NCBI GenBank assembly: GCA_963841435.1 | Contig: CAWJCS010000006.1 | Location: forward strand, 64,001-128,000 | DNA length: 64,000 bases | Source of the DNA: an uncultured delta proteobacterium | GTDB lineage: Bacteria > Myxococcota_A > Polyangia > Polyangiales > Polyangiaceae | Direction: 5' to 3' | In this document: one piece after another, positions 1-8,547 of the stretch | Layout of the letters: each line of letters starts with the position of its first letter | Numbering within the stretch: the stretch's first letter is position 1 | Notes under the pieces: model-generated | Seen by the model: the letters and a program-made list of their open reading frames with translations, nothing else | The model's database searches: none | Told to the model about the DNA's origin: nothing | Position numbers and translations under genes: made by a program

Positions 1-2
1 CT

Positions 3-929
3 CGCTGCCTCGACGGGGAGCCGCTGCGTTTTCTCATGCGCGGCCGGCTGGGCCTGTCGATCAAGCTCGAGCTCGACCCCGAGCCCTTGTCCATCATGGG
101 CTCCGAAGCACACATCGGGCGTGCGCTAACGAACCTCGTGCGGAACGCGGCCGAGGCCATCCCGAACGAAGGCGAGGTCCACGTCACCACCGAGCGCGTG
201 ATCCTCGCCGAGCCGCTGTTCGGCGCGGAAGCCATTCCGCCAGGCGACTACGCCGTCGTGCGCGTCTCCGACAGTGGCGCCGGCATCGCTACCGCGGACA
301 TCTCGCGCATCTTCCAGCCCTTCTTCAGCCGCAAACAGCGTTCGGATCAGAGCGGCAGCGGGCTCGGGCTCGCCATCGTGCACGGTGTCGTGAAGGAGCA
401 CGGCGGCTTCATCCACGTCGACAGCGAGCTCGGGCGCGGCACCACGTTCAGCCTGTATTTCCAGCGTGTGTCCTTGCTGGTGAGGCGTGCGAGCGACCGC
501 GCGACCTCGCCGCGTGGCAGCGCCCGCATCCTGCTCGTGGACGACGAGCCGGCGCAGCTGCACTCCGCACGGCGCTTGCTCGCGCAGCTCGGCTACGAGG
601 TCAACACCCTCGAGAGCGGCGAGGAAGCGTTCCGGGTGTTTTACGCCGCCCGCCAGGCCGGCGCCGCGCTAGGCCCCGCGCGCGGCCCGACCCCGTACGA
701 CCTCGTGATTCTCGACTACGCGCTCAACGAGGAGCACGACGGCCTCGAGACCCTCGAGCGCATCCGCACGCTCTATCCCTGGCAACGCGGCATCATGGTG
801 AGCGGGCACGGTCGCGAAAAGCCGGAGGGCGGCTCCCACGCCGGTCGCGTGCCCTGGCTGGCCAAGCCCTACAGCGCCGACGCCCTCGCAGGCATCGTGC
901 GCGCCACACTGGACGCTCCGGGTCAGTGA
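3..929 (+). CDS. Hybrid sensor histidine kinase / response regulator, C-terminal part (5' end outside window)
   Basis: HATPase_c boxes NLVRNAAEA, DSGAGI, FQPFFS and GSGLGLAIVHGVV, followed by a receiver domain (ILLVDD, DLVILD, KPY). The frame is open from base 3. Confidence 0.92.
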   Translation, partial: RCLDGEPLRFLMRGRLGLSIKLELDPEPLSIMGSEAHIGRALTNLVRNAAEAIPNEGEVHVTTERVILAEPLFGAEAIPPGDYAVVRVSDSGAGIATADISRIFQPFFSRKQRSDQSGSGLGLAIVHGVVKEHGGFIHVDSELGRGTTFSLYFQRVSLLVRRASDRATSPRGSARILLVDDEPAQLHSARRLLAQLGYEVNTLESGEEAFRVFYAARQAGAALGPARGPTPYDLVILDYALNEEHDGLETLERIRTLYPWQRGIMVSGHGREKPEGGSHAGRVPWLAKPYSADALAGIVRATLDAPGQ

Positions 930-953
930 CCGGGGTGGCGGCCGCGCCGCCCG

Positions 954-2645
954 TCAGTTCACGCTGACGCTGTACGAGTTCGTCACCATGCTCTGGTTCT
1001 GTTCCCAGATCTCGAATCCCGCCTGGATACCGAGCAGATAGGCGCTCGCCGTGGCGTAGCCGCGGGTGACGGCATCCGAGAAGAAGGGGTTGAGATCCAT
1101 GCCGGTCACGCTCGAGGTGTTGGTGGCTCGCACGTAGCTCACCGTCGAGAAGCCGTCGTGCGAGCCGTACCAGACGACCCACGACGTGCCGTTGATCATC
1201 ACCGTGCCCACCTGGCTGCCGATGGGCGTAGTGTCACGCTGGGCGAGCCACACCATGAGCTCGAGCGTGCCGCCGGTGTTGCCCGGCTTGGCCGACGAGT
1301 TGCTGATCCACACGTCGTACGAGGCGTTGTAGCGGCCGGCGCTGGGCGGGACCGTGAACGTCCAGCTCGTCGGGGCGGAGCCGACGGCGGAGAGCTGCTT
1401 GGCCGTCTGGTAGCCGCCGTACATGTTGCCATCGACGTGCCAGCCGTACACGATCGACGGATACGAGGCCGGGGCGCCGCCCGCTGGAATGTTCAGGCTG
1501 ACGGGGTTCACGGTGAAGCCCGCGTTGTTGCCGTTGTCCCAGGCCGCGGTGACGCACTGGCTGCCACCGCCCTTGTTGTACAGATTGTTCTGCACCATGT
1601 AGCGGCTGCCCAGGTTGATCTGCGAAAAGTCGCCGCACTGCTGGCTGCCGTACGGAGCGAGGGTACCGGTCACCGGTGGCGAGCCGTCGGTGATGGGGCT
1701 CACGCTCTCGACGCAGAAGTTGTAGTCGGCGTCGGCGCTCGCGCCCACGACCTGGATCTGCATGTCGTAGATCGAAGCCGGATCGGCGATGAGCCCGGCG
1801 TTCGGATCCGTCGTCCAAGTGGAGGGCACGTTGGCGTCGACGATGTTCACCATGTAGCTGCCGGCGCCCGGCACCTCGACGAAGGGTGCTGCGCCGACCT
1901 GCGGCGCTGCCGTCGTGAAGCCGATGCGCAGCGGCAGTCCGCCCGTGTCGCCCGAGATGACGACGTTGAAGCCCGTGACGCCGTTCATGGTGGCGTTGTA
2001 GGCGGATTTCACCGAGGCGGTCGTGCCGCCCATGTCGCCCGATTCATTGAGGCCGAGCGCGATGCCCGCGCCCCAGGCCTTGTAGGTCGTATCGAGGATG
2101 GTGTGCCCCGTGAGGCACAGGCCCATCCCGGCGACGTACGGCACGACATCCTGCACGCAGGTTGACAGCGCGAGGCTGTCGGCAGCGCGATCGTTCTTGT
2201 CGTCGTAGCAATACCAGGGGCCCTGGATGGCGCGCTCGTTGCACTCACGCGCGACCCAGCCGCTCATGTCGATTGGCAGCATCGACTTGTCCGTGTTCGT
2301 GCACATGACCGGCCCCGCACCCGCCGAGCCCGCGGCGGCGCCGCCAGCCCCAACGTCGCCCGCCGAGCCGCCGGTTGCGCCGCCCGCACCCACCGCGCCG
2401 CCCGTCGCCCCCGCGCCTCCGCTGCCGCCCGTGACCGCGCCGCCCGTCGCACCCACGCCGGCGCTACCGCCCGTCGCCGCGCCCGACGTTCCACCCTGGC
2501 CGGTGCCCCCACTTGCGGAAGTTCCACCTTGCCCGGTGCCGCCCGAGCTGTCGTCGTCATCGTCGCTGGACCCATTCGCGGGTGCGCACGCGTAGATGGA
2601 CAGGGTGGTGAGCAGGGCAAAGCTTGCGGACAAGGTTCGACGCAT
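954..2645 (-). CDS. Lipoprotein endoglucanase: Gly-rich linker, CBM-like beta domain and C-terminal GH12 domain
   Basis: Signal MRRTLS...IYAC. GH12 motifs YMVQNN, SYPSI, YNASYDVW, ELMVWL, PIGSQVG and IQAGFEIW. Start taken at ATG 2645. Confidence 0.88.
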   Translation of the reverse strand: MRRTLSASFALLTTLSIYACAPANGSSDDDDDSSGGTGQGGTSASGGTGQGGTSGAATGGSAGVGATGGAVTGGSGGAGATGGAVGAGGATGGSAGDVGAGGAAAGSAGAGPVMCTNTDKSMLPIDMSGWVARECNERAIQGPWYCYDDKNDRAADSLALSTCVQDVVPYVAGMGLCLTGHTILDTTYKAWGAGIALGLNESGDMGGTTASVKSAYNATMNGVTGFNVVISGDTGGLPLRIGFTTAAPQVGAAPFVEVPGAGSYMVNIVDANVPSTWTTDPNAGLIADPASIYDMQIQVVGASADADYNFCVESVSPITDGSPPVTGTLAPYGSQQCGDFSQINLGSRYMVQNNLYNKGGGSQCVTAAWDNGNNAGFTVNPVSLNIPAGGAPASYPSIVYGWHVDGNMYGGYQTAKQLSAVGSAPTSWTFTVPPSAGRYNASYDVWISNSSAKPGNTGGTLELMVWLAQRDTTPIGSQVGTVMINGTSWVVWYGSHDGFSTVSYVRATNTSSVTGMDLNPFFSDAVTRGYATASAYLLGIQAGFEIWEQNQSMVTNSYSVSVN

Positions 2646-2916
2646 GGGAGGGACCTCCGGTGAGCGCTGGCGAGCCGCCACTCGATATGCGCTCGTTAAT
2701 AGATATGAAAAGGGTAGCACGGGAACCTACCCCGTGGGGGACCGGTTCCAGGTTTTCTTGGCCTCCGCCTGGCATTGTCAGGCCGGGTCGCTCGCGACGC
2801 CGTGCTCCGCCTTCGCGCGAATCTTTTTCTGCCTTCTCTCTATAGGCTTTCGGTACTCAACGACGACGAGCCCGCCTGAGCGGGCGCGGCGGTGGGGGGG
2901 GTGTGCGCACGCTCCG

Positions 2917-4128
2917 TCAGTCCCGCATGTAGTGGCAGGTGTAACCACCTGGGTGCTTCTCCAAGTAGTCTTGGTGGTACTCCTCCGCCGGCGTGAACGT
3001 GCCGAGCGGATCGATCTCGGTGACAATCGGCCGTTTCCATTTGCCGCTCGCCTGGACGCGCTGCTTCACCTCTTCGGCAACCTTCTTCTGCTGCTCGGAG
3101 CCCACGAAAATCGCGGAGCGGTACTGCGTGCCGACGTCGTTGCCCTGCCGGTTCGCCGTCGTGGGATCGTGCATGTGGAAGAACCACTTCTCCAGCAGGT
3201 CGGCGTACGAGATCTTCTTCGGATCGAACACGATGCGGATGGCCTCGGCGTGGCCCGTTCGCCCCGTCTTCACGTCCTCGTAGCTCGGGTGCTCCGTGGT
3301 CCCGCCCGTGTAGCCGACCTCGGTTTCGACGATTCCCGGCACCTTGCGCAGGATCTCCTCCATGCCCCAGAAGCAGCCGCCCGCGAGCACGGCCGTCTCG
3401 AGCGTGGGCTCGCAGCCTGGGCGGTCGCCGGGGGCCGGCGTGGCGCAAGCGTTGTCGGTTGCCGAGGGCAGGGGGGCCGCCTGCTTTCCCTTTTCGAAGA
3501 GCGCCCGATAGTCACCGTAGCCTTCGGCCTCGAGCTTCGCCGCGGGGACGAAGCGCAGCGACGCGGAATTGATGCAGTAGCGGAGGCCGGTCGGCGCGGG
3601 GCCGTCCTCGAAGAGGTGGCCGAGGTGCGAATCGCCGTCGCGGGAGCGAACCTCCACTCGCGTCATGCCGAGCGACCTGTCCTTCTTCTCGACGACGCGC
3701 TTCGGGTCGACGGGGCGCGCGAAGCTCGGCCAACCCGTGCCGGACTCGAACTTATCGGTCGAGCTGAACAGTGGCTCGCCGCTCACCACGTCAACGTAAA
3801 GACCCGCTTGGTGGTTGTCCCAGTAGCGGTTGGAAAAGGGCGGCTCGGTTGCCTCGTGCTGCGTCACCTCGTACTCGAGGGGGCTCAGGCGGGCCTTGAT
3901 CGCGGGCTCGGGGGGCTTGACGAAGACGCGCTCGGACATCTTGGTATTCTCCAGGGTGGGGCGCTCGGAGGCGCTCGCGGAGGCGGTGACGCGCGTGTCG
4001 CTCGTCGCCGAAGTAGCGATACGGTCCTCGGCCGGCGACGAACGCCGCGTGCAGCCCGCGACGGCGAAAACGGCCGCGAGCAGCATACCGAGGAAGGAAA
4101 GGGAGCGGGAAAGGGACGAAGGTCGCAT
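2917..4128 (-). CDS. msrAB: Peptide-methionine sulfoxide reductase fusion, MsrB then MsrA, with lipoprotein signal
   Basis: MsrB motifs [17 protein letters not shown] and RYCINSASL. MsrA motifs GGCFWG, GHAEA, GTQYRS and AEEYHQDY. N-terminal lipobox VAGC. Confidence 0.95.
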   Translation of the reverse strand: MRPSSLSRSLSFLGMLLAAVFAVAGCTRRSSPAEDRIATSATSDTRVTASASASERPTLENTKMSERVFVKPPEPAIKARLSPLEYEVTQHEATEPPFSNRYWDNHQAGLYVDVVSGEPLFSSTDKFESGTGWPSFARPVDPKRVVEKKDRSLGMTRVEVRSRDGDSHLGHLFEDGPAPTGLRYCINSASLRFVPAAKLEAEGYGDYRALFEKGKQAAPLPSATDNACATPAPGDRPGCEPTLETAVLAGGCFWGMEEILRKVPGIVETEVGYTGGTTEHPSYEDVKTGRTGHAEAIRIVFDPKKISYADLLEKWFFHMHDPTTANRQGNDVGTQYRSAIFVGSEQQKKVAEEVKQRVQASGKWKRPIVTEIDPLGTFTPAEEYHQDYLEKHPGGYTCHYMRD

Positions 4129-4229
4129 GCGCCATACCTCGCTTTTTTGGACGATCCTTCTACGTTTAAAGGAGCCGCGAGGTTACCGGGTCGATCCCGG
4201 TTTTGCTGGAGCTAAAACCCCGCCCTGCC

Positions 4230-4440
4230 ATGCGTCGCTCGAAACCCACGCCGCTCGTGCTCGCGCTGCCGCTTGCGGCCTGTTCCGGCTGGGACGGAGC
4301 GCTCCCCGCGTCGAACGTCGCCGAGCCCGGCCCCGTGGATTTGAAGGTGGTCGACGGTCACGTCGAGAATGCGCTCGGCGAGCGCGTGGTCTTGCGCGGC
4401 GTGAACCGCTCCGGCACCGAGTACCAGTGCACGAAGGACT
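4230..4440 (+). pseudogene. 5' remnant of a GH5 cellulase-like lipoprotein
   Basis: MRRSKPTPLVLALPLAAC lipobox, then LKVVDGHVENALGERVVLRGVNRSGTEYQC, typical of the first strand of GH5 endoglucanases. The frame becomes Arg-rich junk after about 4440. Confidence 0.7.
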
Positions 4441-4575
4441 TCCACGTGCGCCGACGATTTCGTTGCCCCCTTGCTACAGTGGCTCGACGAGCACGAGGCC
4501 GGCCTATCGTCGCTCTGACGCGTGAAGCGACGAAGGCGCGGGCGGGCGACGACACACCAGGCGGGACGAGCGGAC

Positions 4576-5352
4576 CTAGTCCGTCGCCGCGGCCACGCGA
4601 TCGCCGGCCCGTAGCGCGCGGTACCAGCTCGGGAAGACGGTCATGCGCGTCGCACGAAACTTGCGGTAGCTCCGCACGCGCAGTCGCGCGTAGTCGCCGT
4701 GGCGATCGAGGGTGTGGCAGGCAAGGCCCGTGGCGTAGGCCGCGAAGATGGCGTAATCCGCCGGCCATTCGCGGCAATGCGACGTCGCGAAGCGGCGCGC
4801 GCGCACCATGAGCACGGCGCCGGCATCGAAGCAGCGCCTGAGCTCGGCGTAGCCCAGGCCGACCACCTTCGCCGCGAGCTCCTCGTCGGGGAGACTCGCG
4901 AGATCCCACGGGACGGCGGAGCGCAGCACCGCGGGCTGGATGTCCATGAGGCAGAGCTCGCCCGCGGGGCCTCGCGTGCGACCCGTCTGGATGTCCTCGC
5001 GCATTCCCGTGCTCCATCCGGATGCCGCGAGCATCGCACGCGCGAGATCGGTCGGTCCTTCGCGCCATCCCGCGCCCGCGTAAAGCGCGGCGTCGGCGAG
5101 CGCTTCGGCGACGACCTCGAGCCGTGCCGCACCCGTCTCGCGGCGTTCGGCGCGCGCCCAGGCGCCGAGGCCCGGGTTCCAGCGAGGTGCCCTGCACAGA
5201 ATGCTCGGCGCGGAGCACACCGGGGCAAGCTCGCACGCCGGCTGCTCGGGGTTCGTGCCGCAGCTCGGGACGGCCTCGAGCGAGAAGATGGAGCCGCCGG
5301 GAGGGAAGCTCGAAAGAATGAGGGAGAGAACGTAAGTACCAAGTGAGGTCAA
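4576..5352 (-). CDS. Hypothetical protein, possibly a degenerate lytic transglycosylase (SLT)-like fold
   Basis: Protein-like composition. TTG start at 5352 with GAAGGA upstream. The segment AMLAASGWSTGMREDIQTG...GELCLMDI resembles the SLT 'ES...GLMQ' pattern. Confidence 0.55.
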   Translation of the reverse strand: MTSLGTYVLSLILSSFPPGGSIFSLEAVPSCGTNPEQPACELAPVCSAPSILCRAPRWNPGLGAWARAERRETGAARLEVVAEALADAALYAGAGWREGPTDLARAMLAASGWSTGMREDIQTGRTRGPAGELCLMDIQPAVLRSAVPWDLASLPDEELAAKVVGLGYAELRRCFDAGAVLMVRARRFATSHCREWPADYAIFAAYATGLACHTLDRHGDYARLRVRSYRKFRATRMTVFPSWYRALRAGDRVAAATD

Positions 5353-6818
5353 TGAATCGATTCCTTCCCCCAACTCGGACGAGTGTCCAAATGCGCCGAC
5401 TTTTTGGCGCCTTCGTCGCGAATGCGCCAGTGGGAAAATTCAAAGTGTCGTGCTTTCGGTAGCTTATCGTTGTTTCGATTACCGCAGCAGCACCACGGAA
5501 GCGTCGTGCGAAGCGTTCTGCGTCGCCGAGCACGACATGCGTCCGGCGCGCCGGTGGGCTCCATCGAAAGCCAGGCGTCGAAGCGAGCATCGCGCGCGGC
5601 GAGCACGGCCGCCGCGCCACGTGTGACGCGGGACACGCGACGCGCAGACAGGCGACACACCACACGCCACACGCGTGTGCTGCCACCACGCTCGTGCTCG
5701 CTCGACACGAAACGTGTGCGGCACACGGGGTCGAAACCGTAGGAGCGACGCAAGCGACGTCCGACTCCATGCAAGCGGCGGCTCGCGCTAGAGGTGACCT
5801 GGTCGGGGCGTCACCTCTTGCACGGGGTCGCGGGGCGTCGACCGAACGAAGCGGCCCGTCGAGGAGGTCATGGTTGCTCACGCCGAACGTCGCCGAGCGC
5901 TCGCGTCATTGCGTCGTCGTTCTCTCGTTCCGGTGCGAGCCCGGCGACGGGAGCCGAAGTGATATCGAAGCGCGCGGTGGCGTCGGCGGGCGTGCCGGTT
6001 GACGCGACGTTGCCGCGCGCGTCTCGGGGCGCGGCTTTCGTGCTCGTGCTTTCGTTTGCTTCGGAGCCGTCGCGAAGAGCGCGCACAGAGCGAATTGGGT
6101 GCAGGTAATATTAGTAAGTGATATCAAATGCTTGGCGTATCCGCGGCGCGTGTCGGCCGTGCGGGCAAACGGTTAACCGCGGTCCTCACACCCCGCGCGC
6201 GCGGACGCGGACCGCGTCGAGCTGCCGGATGCTCGCCTGGATCAGCGAGGCGCGTCGCGGCTCGACCGTCGCGCTCGTGCACGTCGAATCGCTCGACTGA
6301 AAAGGTATCGCATGATCCTCCGCTCTCACGCGCGAGCACCGGGTGGTCGCCTGCGACTCACGTGGCTTCAAGTCCTCGCTGCGGCCTGACGCGGAGCCTA
6401 CTCGCCCCGCGACGCTTGCAATGCGTTGCCGAGAGCGCACGGCATCGAACGCACCTGCCGCATCGGGCACGGCGTTGGTGCTCTTCGCGCGCTCGAGGCT
6501 GCCTTCCCCAGCCGGCCCGTCTCGACCGCGCCAACGTGCGGCGGAGCACGACCGACTGGCTCGCGTTGAGGCGTGAGCGTGGGCGTTCCGCCCTCGCGCG
6601 GGCGATGGACGAAGCGCGCGCGGACTTCAGGCCATTGACGCTTTCGAACCCGAATCCGGTCGTTGCTCTCGGGCCGCCGTCCGTTCGACGGGTCGGCGAT
6701 CGGTGCGCACCGGCGCTCGTTCTCGTGGGCGAGGTGCGCCCTCGCATCGATCCGGGCTGCCAGGTGCCTCTGCCGAAAGCTCTCTCTGAAAGTGCGACGC
6801 GTGCCGCTCGAGGGCGCC

Positions 6819-6926
6819 GCTGAAACGGAGCAACCGGAGCTCGCCGCCGAAGCGGAGCAGCCGGAGCTCCTCGCTGAAGCGGAGCAGCCGGAGCTCCCCG
6901 CTGAAGCGGAGCAACCGGAGCTCGCG
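6819..6926. repeat. Tandem repeat, 4 x 27 bp (GCTGAAGCGGAGCAGCCGGAGCTCnnn)
   Basis: Units start at 6819, 6846, 6873 and 6900, with few mismatches and no spacers. Confidence 0.95.
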
Positions 6927-7085
6927 TCGACGCTGCCCCGGACCGTCGGCGCGTCAGCGCGTCCCACCGGCGGTTCTCCTTGCGCCTTCATCCGCTGCGG
7001 TTCGCGCCCGGGCGTTGGCTGGTCAGTGTGCAAATGTGCTGCCGTCTGCGCATGTCTGCCTGCGGTCATGCACAGCTACTGAAAA

Positions 7086-7122
7086 GTTCCATGGAACCGC
7101 CAGCTTGCACCGCCAGCTTGCA
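7086..7122 (+). promoter_or_regulatory. Candidate operator upstream of the GH45 gene: 12-bp palindrome plus tandem 13-bp direct repeat
   Basis: GTTCCATGGAAC (7086-7097) is a perfect palindrome. ACCGCCAGCTTGC occurs at 7096-7108 and 7109-7121. Confidence 0.4.
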
Positions 7123-7154
7123 TTGTTTCAGGTACTGGCCAGGTCGTGGTCGGG

Positions 7155-8533
7155 ATGATACCCCGAAGGATGATGAAAGAGCTTGCTCGGCGCAGCCATG
7201 CGAGTCGTCCTCTTGGCAGCGCGCTCGGCCTCGCGGTGGCGGTGGGTGTGGCGGCGTGCGTCAGCGGTCAGGTCGGTGATGACGCTCCGGGCAGGGGCGG
7301 CAGCATGAGCGTTGGGGGTGCGGGCGCCGGCGGCGTCGCAGGCTCGCTGGCTTCGGGCGGCTCCGTCCAGTCCGGGGGTGCCGGCGCGCTTTCAACGGGT
7401 GGGAGCACGAGCGGCGCGAGCGGTACGGGTGCGACGAGTGGCACCGCTGGCCTCTCGAGCGGCGGCTCGTCTGGAACCGGTGCCGGGACAGGGGGCACGC
7501 TCGCGGGTAGCGCGGGTTTCGCCGGAAACTCGGCGGGCGGTACGAGCGGCGGGGCCGGTCTCGGTGGCGCGAGCGGCGGCTCGGGCGGCAGCTCTGGCTC
7601 GACCTCCTGCTCGGACACGCCGCCGAACAACGGCGGTACCTGCGAGGATGCCGTGAGCTTCGGCTGGTGCGGCCAGGACTGGATGGCCGGCGCCTGCATG
7701 CAGACCTGCGGCACGTGCACCGGCGGTTCGGGTGGGTCGAGCGGAATGGCAGCGGGGGGTCGAGCGGCAGCGGTGGCTCGAGCGGCAGTGGCGGGTCGAG
7801 CGGCAGCGGTGGCTCGAGCGGCTCGGGAGGCAATGTCGCCCCGCCACCCGACATCCAGGGAGGCCAGAATGCCTGGGCGTCACGCTACTGGGATTGCTGC
7901 AAGCCGGCGTGCGGCTGGAAGGCCAACGTTCGCAACGGCAACCCGATGCAGGCGTGTAGCCAACAGAACCAGCGCCTTTCGGACAACGACGCCAGGAACG
8001 CCTGCGAATCCGGAGGCAGCGCCTACATGTGCTGGGACGGCGCACCGTGGGACGTCGGTGACAGCCTTTCGTACGGGTTCGCTGCCGCCTCGTCCAACAA
8101 CTACGTTTGCGGGCGCTGCTTCCACATCCAGTTCACCGGCAGCACCCACAACGCTGGCAACAACGCCGGTGCGGCGGCGCTCAAGGGAAAGCACATGATC
8201 GTGCAGGTCATCAACAACGGTGGCGTCGCCGCCGATCAGTTCGACCTGCTCATCCCCGGCGGCGGAGTCGGCGCGCTCAACGCCTGCTCGACCCAATGGG
8301 GTTCGTCCGATCTCGGCGCGCAGTACGGCGGCTTTCTCGCGGGCTGCAATGGCGACAAGAGCTGCGTCCAGCAGAAGTGCAGCTCGGTGTTCGCGGGCAA
8401 GCCCGACTTGCTCGCGGGTTGTGACTGGTTTCTGGGCTGGTTCCAGGGCGCCGACAACCCGAGCTTCGTCTACCAGCAGATCGCGTGCCCGTCGGCGATC
8501 ACGCAGCGCTCGGGCCTGGCGGATCCGGGCTGA
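7155..8533 (+). CDS. Lipoprotein GH45 endoglucanase with a six-Cys ShK-like module; frameshifted at about 7745-7760
   Basis: Lipobox VAAC, Gly linker, and CSDTPP...TC...WC...WM.GAC..TCGTC in the first frame. GH45 signatures SRYWDCCKPACGW, SYGFAAA and FDLLIPGGGVG in the second frame (ORF 7667..8533). One base is missing in the linker. Confidence 0.88.
7760..7831 (+). repeat. 4 x 18 bp coding tandem repeat (SSGSGG linker)
   Basis: Units like TCGAGCGGCAGCGGTGGC at 7760, 7778, 7796 and 7814. Confidence 0.85.
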
Positions 8534-8547
8534 GCTTTCCGAGCGCG

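Noticed and set aside
2596-4215. Long antisense or alternate-frame ORFs (e.g. 2596..4215, 4358..5881, 10506..12092, 18711..20663, 26722..28386)
   Set aside because: Arg/Ala-rich shadow frames typical of high-GC DNA that overlap well-supported genes or lack any motif.
6100-6130. dif site or replication origin in the AT-rich patch
   Set aside because: No XerD arm (TTATGTTAAA) and no DnaA-box cluster.
6160-6220. c-di-GMP-I riboswitch (GGGCAAAC ... GGACGC)
   Set aside because: No GAAA-tetraloop P2 stem or GCAAAG receptor, and no adjacent gene.
6819-6926. 27-bp repeats as a CRISPR array
   Set aside because: The units are head-to-tail with no unique spacers, and there are no cas genes in the window.
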